A stretch of 64,000 nucleotides of DNA from positions 124,001 to 188,000 of the forward strand of contig NMRA01000245.1 of NCBI GenBank assembly GCA_002633005.1, written 5' to 3'. Origin of the DNA: Phoronis australis. Taxonomy: Eukaryota; Animalia; Phoronida. Made by a program: the position numbers and the translations under genes. Positions 13,868-26,200 of this stretch are shown piece by piece (within the stretch, counting starts at the first letter, position 1; every line of letters begins with the position of its first letter). A model generated the notes under the pieces. The model did not search any database. It worked only from the letters and a program-made list of their open reading frames with translations, and was not told the origin of the DNA.

Positions 13868-13990
13868 AACACAGACTGCAGTGGACAACACTGACTGCAG
13901 CAATTAACACATACTGCAGCAGGCAACACATACTGCAGAAGGCAATACATACAGCAGCAGACAACACAAACTGTGGCAGACAACACAAAC
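13868..13990. repeat. 19-bp degenerate minisatellite, about 6.5 copies
   Basis: Consensus aacacatactgcagcaggc. Confidence 0.8.
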
Positions 13991-16757
13991 ACCACACCAA
14001 TTTATAGTCCATTTACTGCATCAATGAACTTAGAACAGCATTCAAAACTTCTACTAAATCCATACAAAATGAGGTTGAGAATATCATGGATGTTGTCAAT
14101 GATACATATTCTTGCTTTTAGCCAGACTCTCTGTTAATTGTCGCGTAATGGCTTTTTAATTCAACCACCTTGGTAACACAATAGTCAATGAATAAGAAAT
14201 GATCCACAATCAATAGTGCTGAGGCAGGCAAAGAGAAAAATGCATTTCGTTGTGTGTCAATGTCCAGGCACTAGCGGGTTAATTATTTACGTACCAGCGG
14301 TTTATTAATAAACGATCTAGGTAATAAAACAAGAATGAGAATGATATCTGGAGGTGATTCGTTTATCGTGTATTCAAACCAACAGAATGCAAAGTTCAAT
14401 TGCCAAGGGCTGAATGTATATTTTGAATTTCCAACTGTCCCCTCTGGAACACACACTACATATGTCCCAGGTGACTCCGGAGACATTCCCACAATGCACC
14501 TCATACCACACAACCCATTCATAGTCTAAACAAAAGTCATGGAGTAAAGAAGATAGAGCAGACTAGGGGCCCAATTTATCAAATGTTGCAAGTCATGTCA
14601 TAGCCAAGACGGGGGTGGGGGGGAGAATGAAAAATGCTGCGAGGTTGCCAATCTTTAACAAAATGAGTGATAGGTGTCAGTTTGAGACTTGCTTAAAAAA
14701 TGAGCAAGTTGGAGTAGGTTCGGGGTTGTTTCTTAACTGAATGTTTCCTTCCCGCTCCCCCCTCATCATCAATATCATCATGAAATACTAAAACCACCAT
14801 TACACTGGTAATTTCTCTGTTGTCGCCAGAACCAACCGTAACAGACAGACAATTACGGAGTAACACCTCGTAATAACAAGAACACAGCTGAGAGATCATG
14901 TCAGCTCTTAACAAACATGACGAATCGATCAATAATTGACCAACCGCCGAACCACTAACTAAGACGTGTGAAAACTACACTGTGCCAGAATCAATACGGT
15001 CTTCCTTGCACATGGCGTTGCGACACAAATGATGTGCAAATACACCCACTCCCTCTGTTGACAAACAACAGGCTGAGCCAGCGCATACGGCACTATCCTG
15101 TCAACACTGTGAACTCCTATTTTCTGAAATGAATACCACCACATAACAAAATGTTGCAAGACAAAGTACACGTTGTTTTCATGCCAAATTTCCTGAAAGC
15201 CCTCGGCTCACACATGAAGCTTGAAATAAGCAAATAAAAAACTCGACTCAACTCGAGATTTCATTTGTCCTCGTTTTTGTGCCTAACAGCACAGTGGCTG
15301 TGGGCATTATTATAAATACTTGTAAATGTACTCAAGATCAACTGTTAATCATGCAGCTATGCAAACAAAGCCATTATAATTCCCCCACTCCACTATACAC
15401 ATTCAGTGTGCCCATTGTTTGGTAGGTACCACAGTTCAACTGACACAGTGCAATGTAACAGGTGGAACATGAAAAGAAAGGAGCATCAGGCGTCCCTTGC
15501 ACGAAATGGGACTAGATAACCCCGCAATTGAAAGGACACGGTAAAACCAAATAGCCTGGAACGGGTAGGATTCTGAGCCAAGGGCAGCACACAGGGAGGA
15601 TCTTTGGCCAAAAAGTCAGTCATCAAGACCTTGCAGAATGCGAGCAAGCAATGAATTATTAAACTAGAACGAGTCATAGAGCCTTTTCGAAGAGTTGACG
15701 GAAACTGCAAAGTTAACTTGAGCGTTCTGATTAGCTTTGCTAGACACCAGTTATCCCTAGGAGACACTATCGTCATCAAAGTTATCGCATACGTAATACG
15801 ACTTTCAAAAGCGTCGCTGTTAGTGAGAAAGGCCTCACAGACTGGGAGTGACGACAACACTGTAATACCATCTCACAGGGTATTCATGTCAAGAGAGTTG
15901 AATAAGGATAACCTAAACATAAGCTTTCATTTATTTTTTGATGATTTTCTATTAAATTGCTATAAACCTGCTGCTTCTAACAAAAAATTACCTTTGGACT
16001 CTTTACTGATAAAAATTGGCCTCAACTTATTCCATTTCTCATCTAAGTAATGAATAAGTGGAAACCAATTTGGTACTCGGTAAGTGGTCTAAATTAAAAG
16101 ATATTTTGTAATCGAAACTTTAATGAAAGCATGATTTCGCTAAGCTATGGTTGTCAGGAGAAACTTTTTAAAACCGGGCAAAAGTTGCTGAAACACTTTT
16201 GCACCTAGACACAAAATATGACAAACTACTTTTCCCCCTTAGCCCCTCATCCAAGGACAACGCACCAATAAATCTTGCGTTCACGCATGCAAACTTCCTA
16301 AAAGCACAATAGAATGATGGACTATTCATCTCACGCGACTGAACAAATGTGATGATGAGATGACGTCAATGATGAGGCAACCATAGGGAATTATTTAAAC
16401 ATCTATGAGTAAGTACAATACTGAACTGAAATAATCGTGTTCAGGGGTTAAAAGATAACACAACTGGGTGCAGAAAAAATGTCACAAACAGATTATTTTC
16501 AAAGAGAGCAACAACCAATACCACATTATTGAGTCTTCACAAAAGTTTAATTCATAATGATAGTCTAAACAACATGCCAACCGCAAGTGATAGATCACCG
16601 TTTTCAGGGTAGTCTCAGATCCACTTATTACTTCTGGACAGACCCAACAGAGGAGAGCAGATCAGACCTGATTCCATCTGCTAGGCTAGCCTGTTAACAC
16701 AGGCTATTATTAGAGATGGGAATTAACATTCCAGGAGCAGCAGACATGCATGTATGT

Positions 16758-16780
16758 ACACACACACACACACACACACA
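16758..16780. repeat. (AC)n microsatellite
   Basis: Direct inspection. Confidence 0.9.
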
Positions 16781-19700
16781 TCCACTCATACAACAAGATG
16801 GCTTCCCAGTATGTACAAGTAGGTCAACTCAAGGTCACTTGAGGTCAGGCCCAAACCTGATGACAGTGGCAGATACTCTAGCCCATATGCTGGAAGTACA
16901 CCAGATCCCACTCACTGGATAACTTAACCACAGCCTGATAGCACCACCAACAATAGGCCAACAGTTAGTGAGTCAGAGAGGACACAAGAGGAAATGACAA
17001 GCCAAGACCACATATTCAATAGCAATCAATTGAAACAACTACGGCCAATGAGGTGGCTGTGTGCAATGCCCTGAGCTAATAAAAACAGTGTAATCGATAC
17101 TACAGGCATCTCAGTGCAAGTTGAGATAGATTTTGATATACGACAACAGGGTTTATGAAGCAATGAGAGGTGAAGGTTTTCAAGCGGGACAAACACTCCC
17201 GTCGTTTCAATCAAGGTAAATGCTTCCAACATTTTAATGGTAATATCAGCGAGTCAAAAAGCCAGTACCCATCAACCGCGACACTAAACTTCAACGCACA
17301 TGGTCAATTGGTTCACCGGAGACCACATCAAAAATGGTGACCACATGTAAAACCACTCAAAGCAATAGCAGGAACAGAAAATATTCTCATAAAGAAGACG
17401 CAAGATTTTATTATGTGTGGAAGCACCAGTTGTAAACAGCTAGGGTAAAAATTCAATAACTAATGTTTCAATTTTGCGTCAATACTAACGCACAAATTTT
17501 TGTTGCCCTCCTGCCCACACCGCAACTCCGCTTTTGGGGAGATTCCATCAGTGGGTAAGTAAGTGTAACTACCAGACATAAAAAGTACACGCAACTCTTT
17601 CCAAAATAACTTGATTCAATTGCAGAGTTGCGCACAACACTTCTGTATTAGGAAAGGAGAAATTCAGTGGGAGGAGAGCAATCACTAGGGGTCGCCACAT
17701 GATCTACTATCAAGTGATGTCAACTACGACACGCAATGTAGTTTCCCTAGTGAGGAAGCGCCATTTGAAAACATACTGATATCAAGATTGTCGGTGTCTC
17801 ATTTTTCATAACAAAAAAATACAATTTAAGGTCAACTTTGGTGTCCTATACTCACGCAACAGTGTAAGGCAATGCTCTGAAACCAGAGGAGTCCGAGAAT
17901 AGGGAGTTAAGTTTACCATCCTTGGAAAAATAATTCTACCCAAAGGGCACAAGCACCAGTTCTCTGAGAAATGTTGCCCGCATGCTTCCTTGTTCCATGC
18001 AGCATTCCTCCTGCAAATTTCGCTCAAAAATTCATTGAAGCATGATGACCATGATTATATGGGTAGATTTAACAGGCAGTTGGTGGGAAAGGTCATTACT
18101 GACTCAGCAGGACACATATATTTAGCAGTTCACCACAGGTACATTTACAACCTTTGAGCTACCACACAATATACGATATGGCAGATTCCTGCTTGTAACC
18201 CCAACGACAGAGTTGGTAATGTGATGTCTGAAAAAAGTAGAACCATAACCATAATGGCATTTAAGGTTGACCAGTGGACCACCGCAAATGAGATAATTAA
18301 CCAGTACATTCTCTGGCAGCGACACAGAACTAATAGGAACTTATAAATATTACATTAATCACGTGCTCACGCTGAAGCTCTAACACACTACCGTAGCCTA
18401 CATTCAGATGCATACACAATTTCCCTAAACATGTCAGTAGGAGATAACCACAACTGATCCAAATATGACGGAGAACCTGAGTAACTCACAAAAAACAAAT
18501 ACCTTTGGAACTAGATTGGAAATACTATTTTTGCTTTAGAGGAGTCACCCATTTAACTAACACTTTGCACTGTGTGAGCTTACAAAGTGTTTCGAACATC
18601 GAGGGAAATTTGTCAATCACTTGAAGGGAATTTCTGGGCCACATGAGAAGAATTTTGCAAGATTTTTCAATGTTTATCAGAGGGAAATGGGGGCGATACT
18701 CAGCCCCGAAGTTGAGGATTTGAGGGCACTGCTTCCTTGCCTTTCAAAAATATTTTTTTTCACTTGCCCACCTTGCAGTGTCCTACATTGATGAGACTTC
18801 ACAGAATCTTTCAGAAAAAGTCACAAGATTTAAAAAACACAATTACTTATTCCCAGTACGTACACATTATTTCAATTTCCCATGAGCACTGCCATTTCGT
18901 AGAAAGTGACGTTGAGTTTTGAAAAATATCCTTAACTGATACTGGCATAATCAAAATTACTTCTCATTGCTAAATGTCACCAGTTAACCTGGCAACAGTG
19001 TTATTACAACCCTGTCTGATGTGCGCTGGGGAAAAGGTTACCACTCCGGTATTTAATTGTGTTCAAGGTTCACTGGCCAAAGAGATGGGAAATGAAATAG
19101 ATATTTGGAAAGAAAACAACTAGATTTTCTTAGACTGGATCCAGGCCCACCGCCACACTGTCTATTTTTTAGCTAAACTTAAAGCAGCTACTAACCGTCT
19201 TCAGGTGCTAAAATCTAGGTTTCAACACTGGTATATTTCCCCTTTCAAAGTATAGTACAAAAAATCTTATACTTAGTTTGACATGAAACTGGTCATGCCA
19301 ACTTGGCAACTGGAACTAAATCTCATTGACTATGACTTACTGCGGCCTAATATGCCTAGTTTGAACCAGTGATGGCCTGCCAGTTCTACTGGAGTCTAGC
19401 AATTATTCCTAACTTAGGTAAGTTAGGAGGTGAAGCACATTCTCTAACAATAAAAAAGCCTACGGTAACCCAAAAGATGATTTTGGACTGAAGGCATGGA
19501 TTTATGGTGGCGTACACCTGAAACAAAAACACATCACGAGAGATCTCCAATTTTATCAGGCATAACCATCCCTACATCATTCCTGTGACAAGGAAACACA
19601 AAATTACAAATTAAGACAACAAGGTACTTACAACAGCCAGCTAGGTGGCTGCACACTGAATCTATCCAAACAAAGACCTCTCTTAGATGCTAGTTAACAG

Positions 19701-21696
19701 CGGCCTGCTTCAAGATGGAGGATGCAATTTTCATGTGTTGATTCTGTTCAGAGGTCAAATGGAGATATGCAACAGCACTGTAGGATAGAGTCAGCACTTG
19801 TGTAAACTTTACACTGGTGTCCAACAGCAGGCAGCGTAAATGTTGTATTTCTGGAACTTGAGGGGCACACAATGGGGAATCAGAACACCAATGGTGGTCA
19901 CGTCTCCAAGAAACCAGTGGAAGCCATCAGCATGCCCTGATACAGTGATATTTAACCGAGACAGAAAATTTACAGACATATGGAACTACACTTGGGGCCT
20001 CGTGAAAGGGAATTCAGTTCACCTGAGAGGCTCACAATGGGAACAGTGCTTATCAGGCAGGATGTAATCAAGCAAAGTTCAAGTGGGGTTCCCAGCGGGG
20101 AGCAAATGTTTCTGTACTTTAAATGTGTAAAAAATGACTTGGTCTGGGGGGGGGGGGTTCAAATCAACTGAGGCATGAATAAGAGCTAAATCAATAGTCA
20201 TGGGTGTTACCTTCAGATAATCGACCTTGAACTACCGTACATCCAAAGACATTCTTTGTTGGAAGAAATGACACAGAAAGGGAAACGAGAATGTGTAGGT
20301 TATTTTAAGTCAAACTTGTCAAATGACCCACTGTTCTTGTAGCAACCAAGGTGGGTCACAGCAAGCAGTGCAGAATAATAAACAAGCAGGTGTTCTGCTC
20401 ACAACTACCGACAACAAATGGTTGGATCGTTGGAGAGTCGGGCATTGAATTACCTTTACAAAACAGCAGAACCCCAAAGTAGAAATTTGGACATTAACAG
20501 GAAAACCACTGCCAGGCGCCTCAAGTGGGAATGTGGCAGACAGATTCTAAACCCATCAGGGGCACAATGACTAACCACAGCCAAGAGGCAGCCAACATAA
20601 ACAGGATTAAGTAGGTCAAGCTGATGGCTTGCAGTCACCACTGGCACAGCATGGGTTGAGAGGAAACAAGAACTGCATCTGTGTGGAGCAGACTCACTCA
20701 CACACCAACAAACATGCGCGCACACACACACACACTCAGCCACTTAATATAGCACGCCTGTTGAGATAGACATGTTCAACTAAACACACCCAGACATATG
20801 TACAGAGGGAAAATAGATAAAGAAGGCCCTTGCTGAGATAAACCAATCAGGTTTGGACTGGTAGATAAGGCCTGATGAGAAAATAGGGTCATGTGTGTTG
20901 ATTCTGCTTAACTTGTGACTTTCAATAACACTGTGACAGGGCTTCATTTTTAAATAGTTACAAACACTTTCACCTTGGCCTAGACACAACTAACACCATT
21001 ATCTGCAAGGTCCCTCACTGACTAGACCAATATGCAAATTAGAATGCACGCTACCCAATCCACGCCACCTAGTGTCTATATGGTGATCTCTGCGACAGCA
21101 ACTGTAGCCATATAACAACACTGAAAACAACAACATGGACAAAACCCAACAACGCACAATATGACATCCATTCTCACTGCCAGACAACTTCACCACATAC
21201 CAACAGAATGAACATCATTTTCTGAACATAGGGTTAAGAATGAGTCCATTAACAGCAGCAATCAGCCATGATTACTTTTCCAGGTCTTGCCCAAGCCAAA
21301 GTCATAAACAACAAACTGCCTGCAAGCATGCCTATGTTTTTACAACTGCAAAGGATCAAGAACATTTGGGAAACATGCAGTCACTCTAAAATGGAACCAG
21401 CAGGTAGTGGGGTGAAACCACTGAGGCAGACCAGAGTGTATGGAACAGTACATGGGCAAAATTAGGAACACAAAGCCCAACAGTGGAATGGATGGCTTCG
21501 CAACTGTTCACACGGAGATGGTCTGTTGGTCTCCGGTTGTGAGATGAGTCCAAGTGGAAAACAGCACTACATGACCCGAGGTTGGAATAAAAGAACGACT
21601 AGCTAGATTATGGCAGCACAGAGTTGATTACTTGTTAACCAGTTATACACCTAGTTTTTCCACTATCTGTTTATGCGGTATGCCAAGCTCAGTGCC

Positions 21697-21810
21697 GGTT
21701 GCACTTGATTCACTTCGCCAGTTCAACCAGCTACGAGAAAGCAGGAAGAACCAATTAGAAGATCAGGAGGGTTGACCTAGTTGGGCCGGGAGAGTGAATC
21801 AAGTGCACCC
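21697..21810. mobile_element. Small fold-back element (mini-MITE)
   Basis: Perfect 15-bp inverted repeat tgcacttgattcact (21700-21714) / agtgaatcaagtgca (21793-21807), with imperfect inner arms. Confidence 0.55.
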
Positions 21811-22089
21811 TAAGACATTCACTTAAACAATGGTTTATTACAGTGACACACCGGTGAGAGTCCCTAATACCACTTTCACTGGTAGTAAAATTCCTGAGAG
21901 GCACAAGAGCAGTAAATTTTGGTTTGAAATGTCTTTTAAAGTGGTAATAACTTTACTGTGGCAGTAAAACTTCACTTGAATAAAAGAGAGTAAGGATCAC
22001 AGTATTGTCAGCATCAACAGAACACCTGTCACCTTTCATCGCAATTCTTCAAGCAGTTTGAAGGATAAGGAGGTCAACTGCAGGATAAG

Positions 22090-22557
22090 GAGATCTGCCA
22101 CAAAGAACTGAACATAAACAATACAAAGGCCACTGGGGGGCGCAGCATAGGTAAAATTGGTTGATTTTCATAATCATCCATAGAGTGGTTCTGGCTGATA
22201 GTGAAGCACACACCAAAAACAGACTCGAAAACAGTAAAAATGGGCACTACATGGCGCAAAATAAGTGGAATCTATCCGTAAACAGGAAGAAAGCACCATC
22301 TCCCATTTTGATGAAAATCCGTTAAAGAACTCCGAAGATACAAAGGCAAACAAAATTGCCACTAGGGGACAAATCGGTAGTCTGATCCACCCATAAATTA
22401 GCTCACGCTGTATCCATGAAAGACACATATCTGCAAAATGTCCTTCTAGGATTTTGGAGATTCAGCAATGGACGCAGGAGGGATGTGAGAAAGACAGACA
22501 GGGATGGCGGCACTACATTTTTAAGCACCCACAAAGTTATGTGTGGGTGCTTAAAAA
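22090..22557. mobile_element. Interspersed repeat with CTCF-like motifs and a terminal 16-bp hairpin (Helentron/HINE-like by inference)
   Basis: Shares ...atgaaaat...aaagaact...agatac...gcaaac...aaattgccact.gggg with 31235-31320. Hairpin tttttaagcacccaca (22518-22533) / tgtgggtgcttaaaaa (22542-22557). Confidence 0.55.
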
Positions 22558-25179
22558 CGCAAAGAAAATGAGTAATTCCATTACATCGCAGGAAACAGTG
22601 AACCGATTTCTAGCAAGAGAATGCGAGAGCGTCCCCAAAGTGCCCCATTTCTAGTCTATCCAAGCTTCCACAATCAATCATAATAATGTCTTGAAAAGTG
22701 CGTGGGGTGTCTCATATTATGCTTTTCTTTACCCGAGTATGACAAATAAATTAAAAATAGCAACATCTCGCCCACTAAACACAATGCACCGTTGATGGGA
22801 AAAGTGTTTGGGTAATTAAATGACAAACTATGAACTACGGTACATTACTGCTGAATTTACTTTGATAGTACCATAAGCAGTGCAAAAGAGGTTTAAGAGA
22901 TCAATCATTTTGCATCATTAGATCTAAAATAAACCCTGATGTCTCACAAAACATTGAGATAACCCAGAAACTCTGGAGCCAGTTTAGGTGAATGGGTCAC
23001 TTCCTTGGCACTCTAGAGTTACACATACTTGAGGATAGGACCAGCACAAGAGACAAACTGTATGAAGATTAGCAGAATTTCCATGGTTACTTCAGTCATG
23101 TCAAAACTTCAAGGACAATCTTCATACCTGCGGCAATGGTAGAGGGAGACCCACCATAGCCTTGGTAACACAATTATCTCAACTTTTCAGAAACTGAACC
23201 CATGCTCAGTTATGTGAATCATGACAAGGGTGAGGGAGAAAATCAGAAATCAGTGTATTAGGTCAAGTAGAGTTACCAACCGTTCCACTTCTTGAAGCTT
23301 CATACCATGTCCTGCAGCGGTATCAGAATGTCTCGCTGACGACATATGCCACAGCATTTACATACGCCTGCTGTTGCATCAAGCGAGGTCAGGCTGCAAA
23401 CATGGTGTGCACCGTATACTTCTATTTCCAGTTCTACTTCAAACGGTCGGGTAAAAAACGAGAAAAGAAAAATTGCAGTCTGTAACAGTTCATGGGGCAC
23501 CCGTCCTCTTGCATCATCATAGCTCTGGATGTCCTGCCCTCTCATGTTTGAATGTTGGCAGCTATGCACCTGACAGTACATAGTTATTACACAATACAGC
23601 CAGAGGGGTTGTATAACACCAGCCATACCAGCTGCTCCACCTGGCTACACTACACTTGATTAGACAACCCTCATGGACAACTGCACTACCCACCTCTGGC
23701 TTGGTGCAGGGTAAAGATCACTGGGTATTGAGCAACCTAGTCAACCTAGATACTGAGGAATTATATAAAATTATATATTATGTAACAGTTTTTCAGTTTG
23801 AGCCAATTAAAAATCATTTTTCTCAAGGTCAGGGGGGTGGGGNAAATTTCAGAAATAGGTAATACTTCAGAAATAGGTAATACTGGCTACCAAATCAAGA
23901 ACCACAAGCAAAACGGCTTTTGTATTGGTAGTTGTTTTCGATGATTTTAATCTCAGACATAGTTAATACAAAATGCAGTGTCCAATATTTGAGAAACACA
24001 ATGAAATCCAAATCACAGAAGTCCCAATCTTCACAATCAAGAAAACTTTGGCCACAATTTTAGTGCCCCAAATTTTAGAGACTGACCCAAACTAGATAAG
24101 CTTTACTACAGCAATAAAAGAACTGTTAAATTAGGAACAGTTGTTACCTACATCAGACAGTAAATAGCACCATGAACAACATAACATATCAGTTGAGGAT
24201 CAGCTTGGTTTTAGCTGCAGCAGAGACCTCAATGTCTGTAAGACGGACTAACGCTGTCTAAGTCACTGCAGGTCTCCCTTATAGTTTCTGGAGCACCTTA
24301 ACCAGGAGTCGCAACCATAACCAACTTTCACACAAACCAACTAGTCCTACCTGCAAAACTACTCAGTGTTTGAGAGTATAACGAATGTTAACAAATATGT
24401 GAAAAGTTATCAATTATAGTCCATATATCGATCATTTACATTTTTAAAATTATTTTTTTGCTCAAGTAATGTTGCAATGCAGCTGACACATGGAAAAATA
24501 AGAGTCTTGTCTCCTGTTTTTGCCAACGATTGACTGAGCTGATTGTAAGTCAGTGACAGACGTGTCAGACGAATCTGAGCAGTGTGTGAATGAAACGACT
24601 CCGTTATCATTCAGAATATTCAGACACAACAACAGAAGTGCATAATCAACAATCAAAAGTTTCACAAAACATGGTACACAAAAATCGCAATGCAGAGTGC
24701 GGAAAAAGTCCTTCACTGGAGACAAAGAACCCAACTGAGAAAAGCACCGCAACCTTGCAACCTTGCCGCCTAACAAAAACACCTAGAGCCATGACAAGGC
24801 AGTGGTTTGCATGAACTTTGGTCATGTACCCTGAGGCATGACTATGACATGAAAACTATCACCAACACTCCTTGACTGGCTAACCTAAGCTAAATCAGTT
24901 TGGTAGTATAGTGTAATTTATAAGCCTCATGTTACAACCACCCAAGTAAATTTCAGTGGGTTCCGACCTTGTGATGTCAATCAGAGGACTGAAACTGAGA
25001 AGAATGCAGACACTGGCAGATCTAACGCTTGATCTAAATTGGTCCAACTCCTCAATCCAGCACAACACAGGCGACACCTGTGAGGAGATAAATGCGTTGT
25101 TGTACAACACCATCAGACTTAAAATCTAGTGACCTAGAGATACATAAGAAATGGGACCAATGGGAGAATCAAGATAATG

Positions 25180-26200
25180 ATAACACAGACTAACTACGGA
25201 AGCACTCCGAAGAGCGACACTTGGTGAGAAATCAACAAATGGCCTCCACAGCGCCATCTTGCATCCGATTTCAACTAAAACAATAGGCCACATGTTACTA
25301 ACGAGACACATGTTGTGTGTGTATTTCATATCAATCAAATAAGTGTGACTTGTATAATTGACCAACAAAAGTGCCTCCAGGATATTAAAAATAATTATTC
25401 TTCAATACATTGAGAATAACAAGTTGGAATGACAGATATAAGATCTATACACATACTAATTTTTAGAAAAATCCCTCCAGGAACGATGAAGCTATGGATC
25501 CACAAAGCAAAATACCACAAAATAACCGTGACAGTGCCACCTAGCATCCGATTTCAACCAAAAGCGGTGGCCTCGAGCTATTAAAGGCACGTTTTGTGCA
25601 AGAATTTCATGTCAACCTGTGGAACCTAAGTATGACTGACCAACAAAAGTGCAGAGAGGGCTGAGTAAGTAAAATATAAATCTCGAATACCTTAATATTT
25701 TTAAGTCAGAGTGAGTAAAAGAACCAATAAATCTCGAATACCTTAATATTGGTAAGTTAGAGTGAGTAAAAGAACCAATAAATCTCGAATACCTTAATAT
25801 TGGTAAGTTGGAGTGAGAAAGGCAGAAAGCGCTTGACAAGATCTATCTGTACCGGCATATCAAATTTCAGAAACATCCGTTAAGGGATGGTCGTGATACC
25901 CCACGAAAACTCCATTAATTAAAAAGAACAATCATTGGGAAATCTGGAATAACTGAGACTGAGATTAAGTCATAATGAAAAACAGATGTCATACATCGGA
26001 AGCCATTGAAGAGATCTATCAACATACTAAATTTCAGGAAAATTCCTCTAGCTATGGCACCGCAAAGCAAAAAATGTTCAAGATGGCTGCCACAACACCA
26101 TCTTGCAATTGGTCTCAAGCTATTAACAAGACACCTGCTATGTGTAAATTTCTTGCTGATCAGAGAAGAAATGCAAACCTGTAATGTGTGCGAGTGATCA
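25180..26200. repeat. Array of diverged interspersed-repeat modules (agatctat..cata..aaatttcag..aaatcc and gccatcttgcatccgatttcaac..ggcctcaagctatt)
   Basis: Modules recur near 25252, 25441, 25536, 25839, 26012 and 26096, with homologues near 61350-61530 and 63500-63680. Confidence 0.7.
25676..25817. repeat. 51-bp tandem repeat, about 2.8 copies
   Basis: Unit ataaatctcgaataccttaatattggtaagttagagtgagtaaaagaacca at 25676, 25727 and 25778. Confidence 0.9.
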
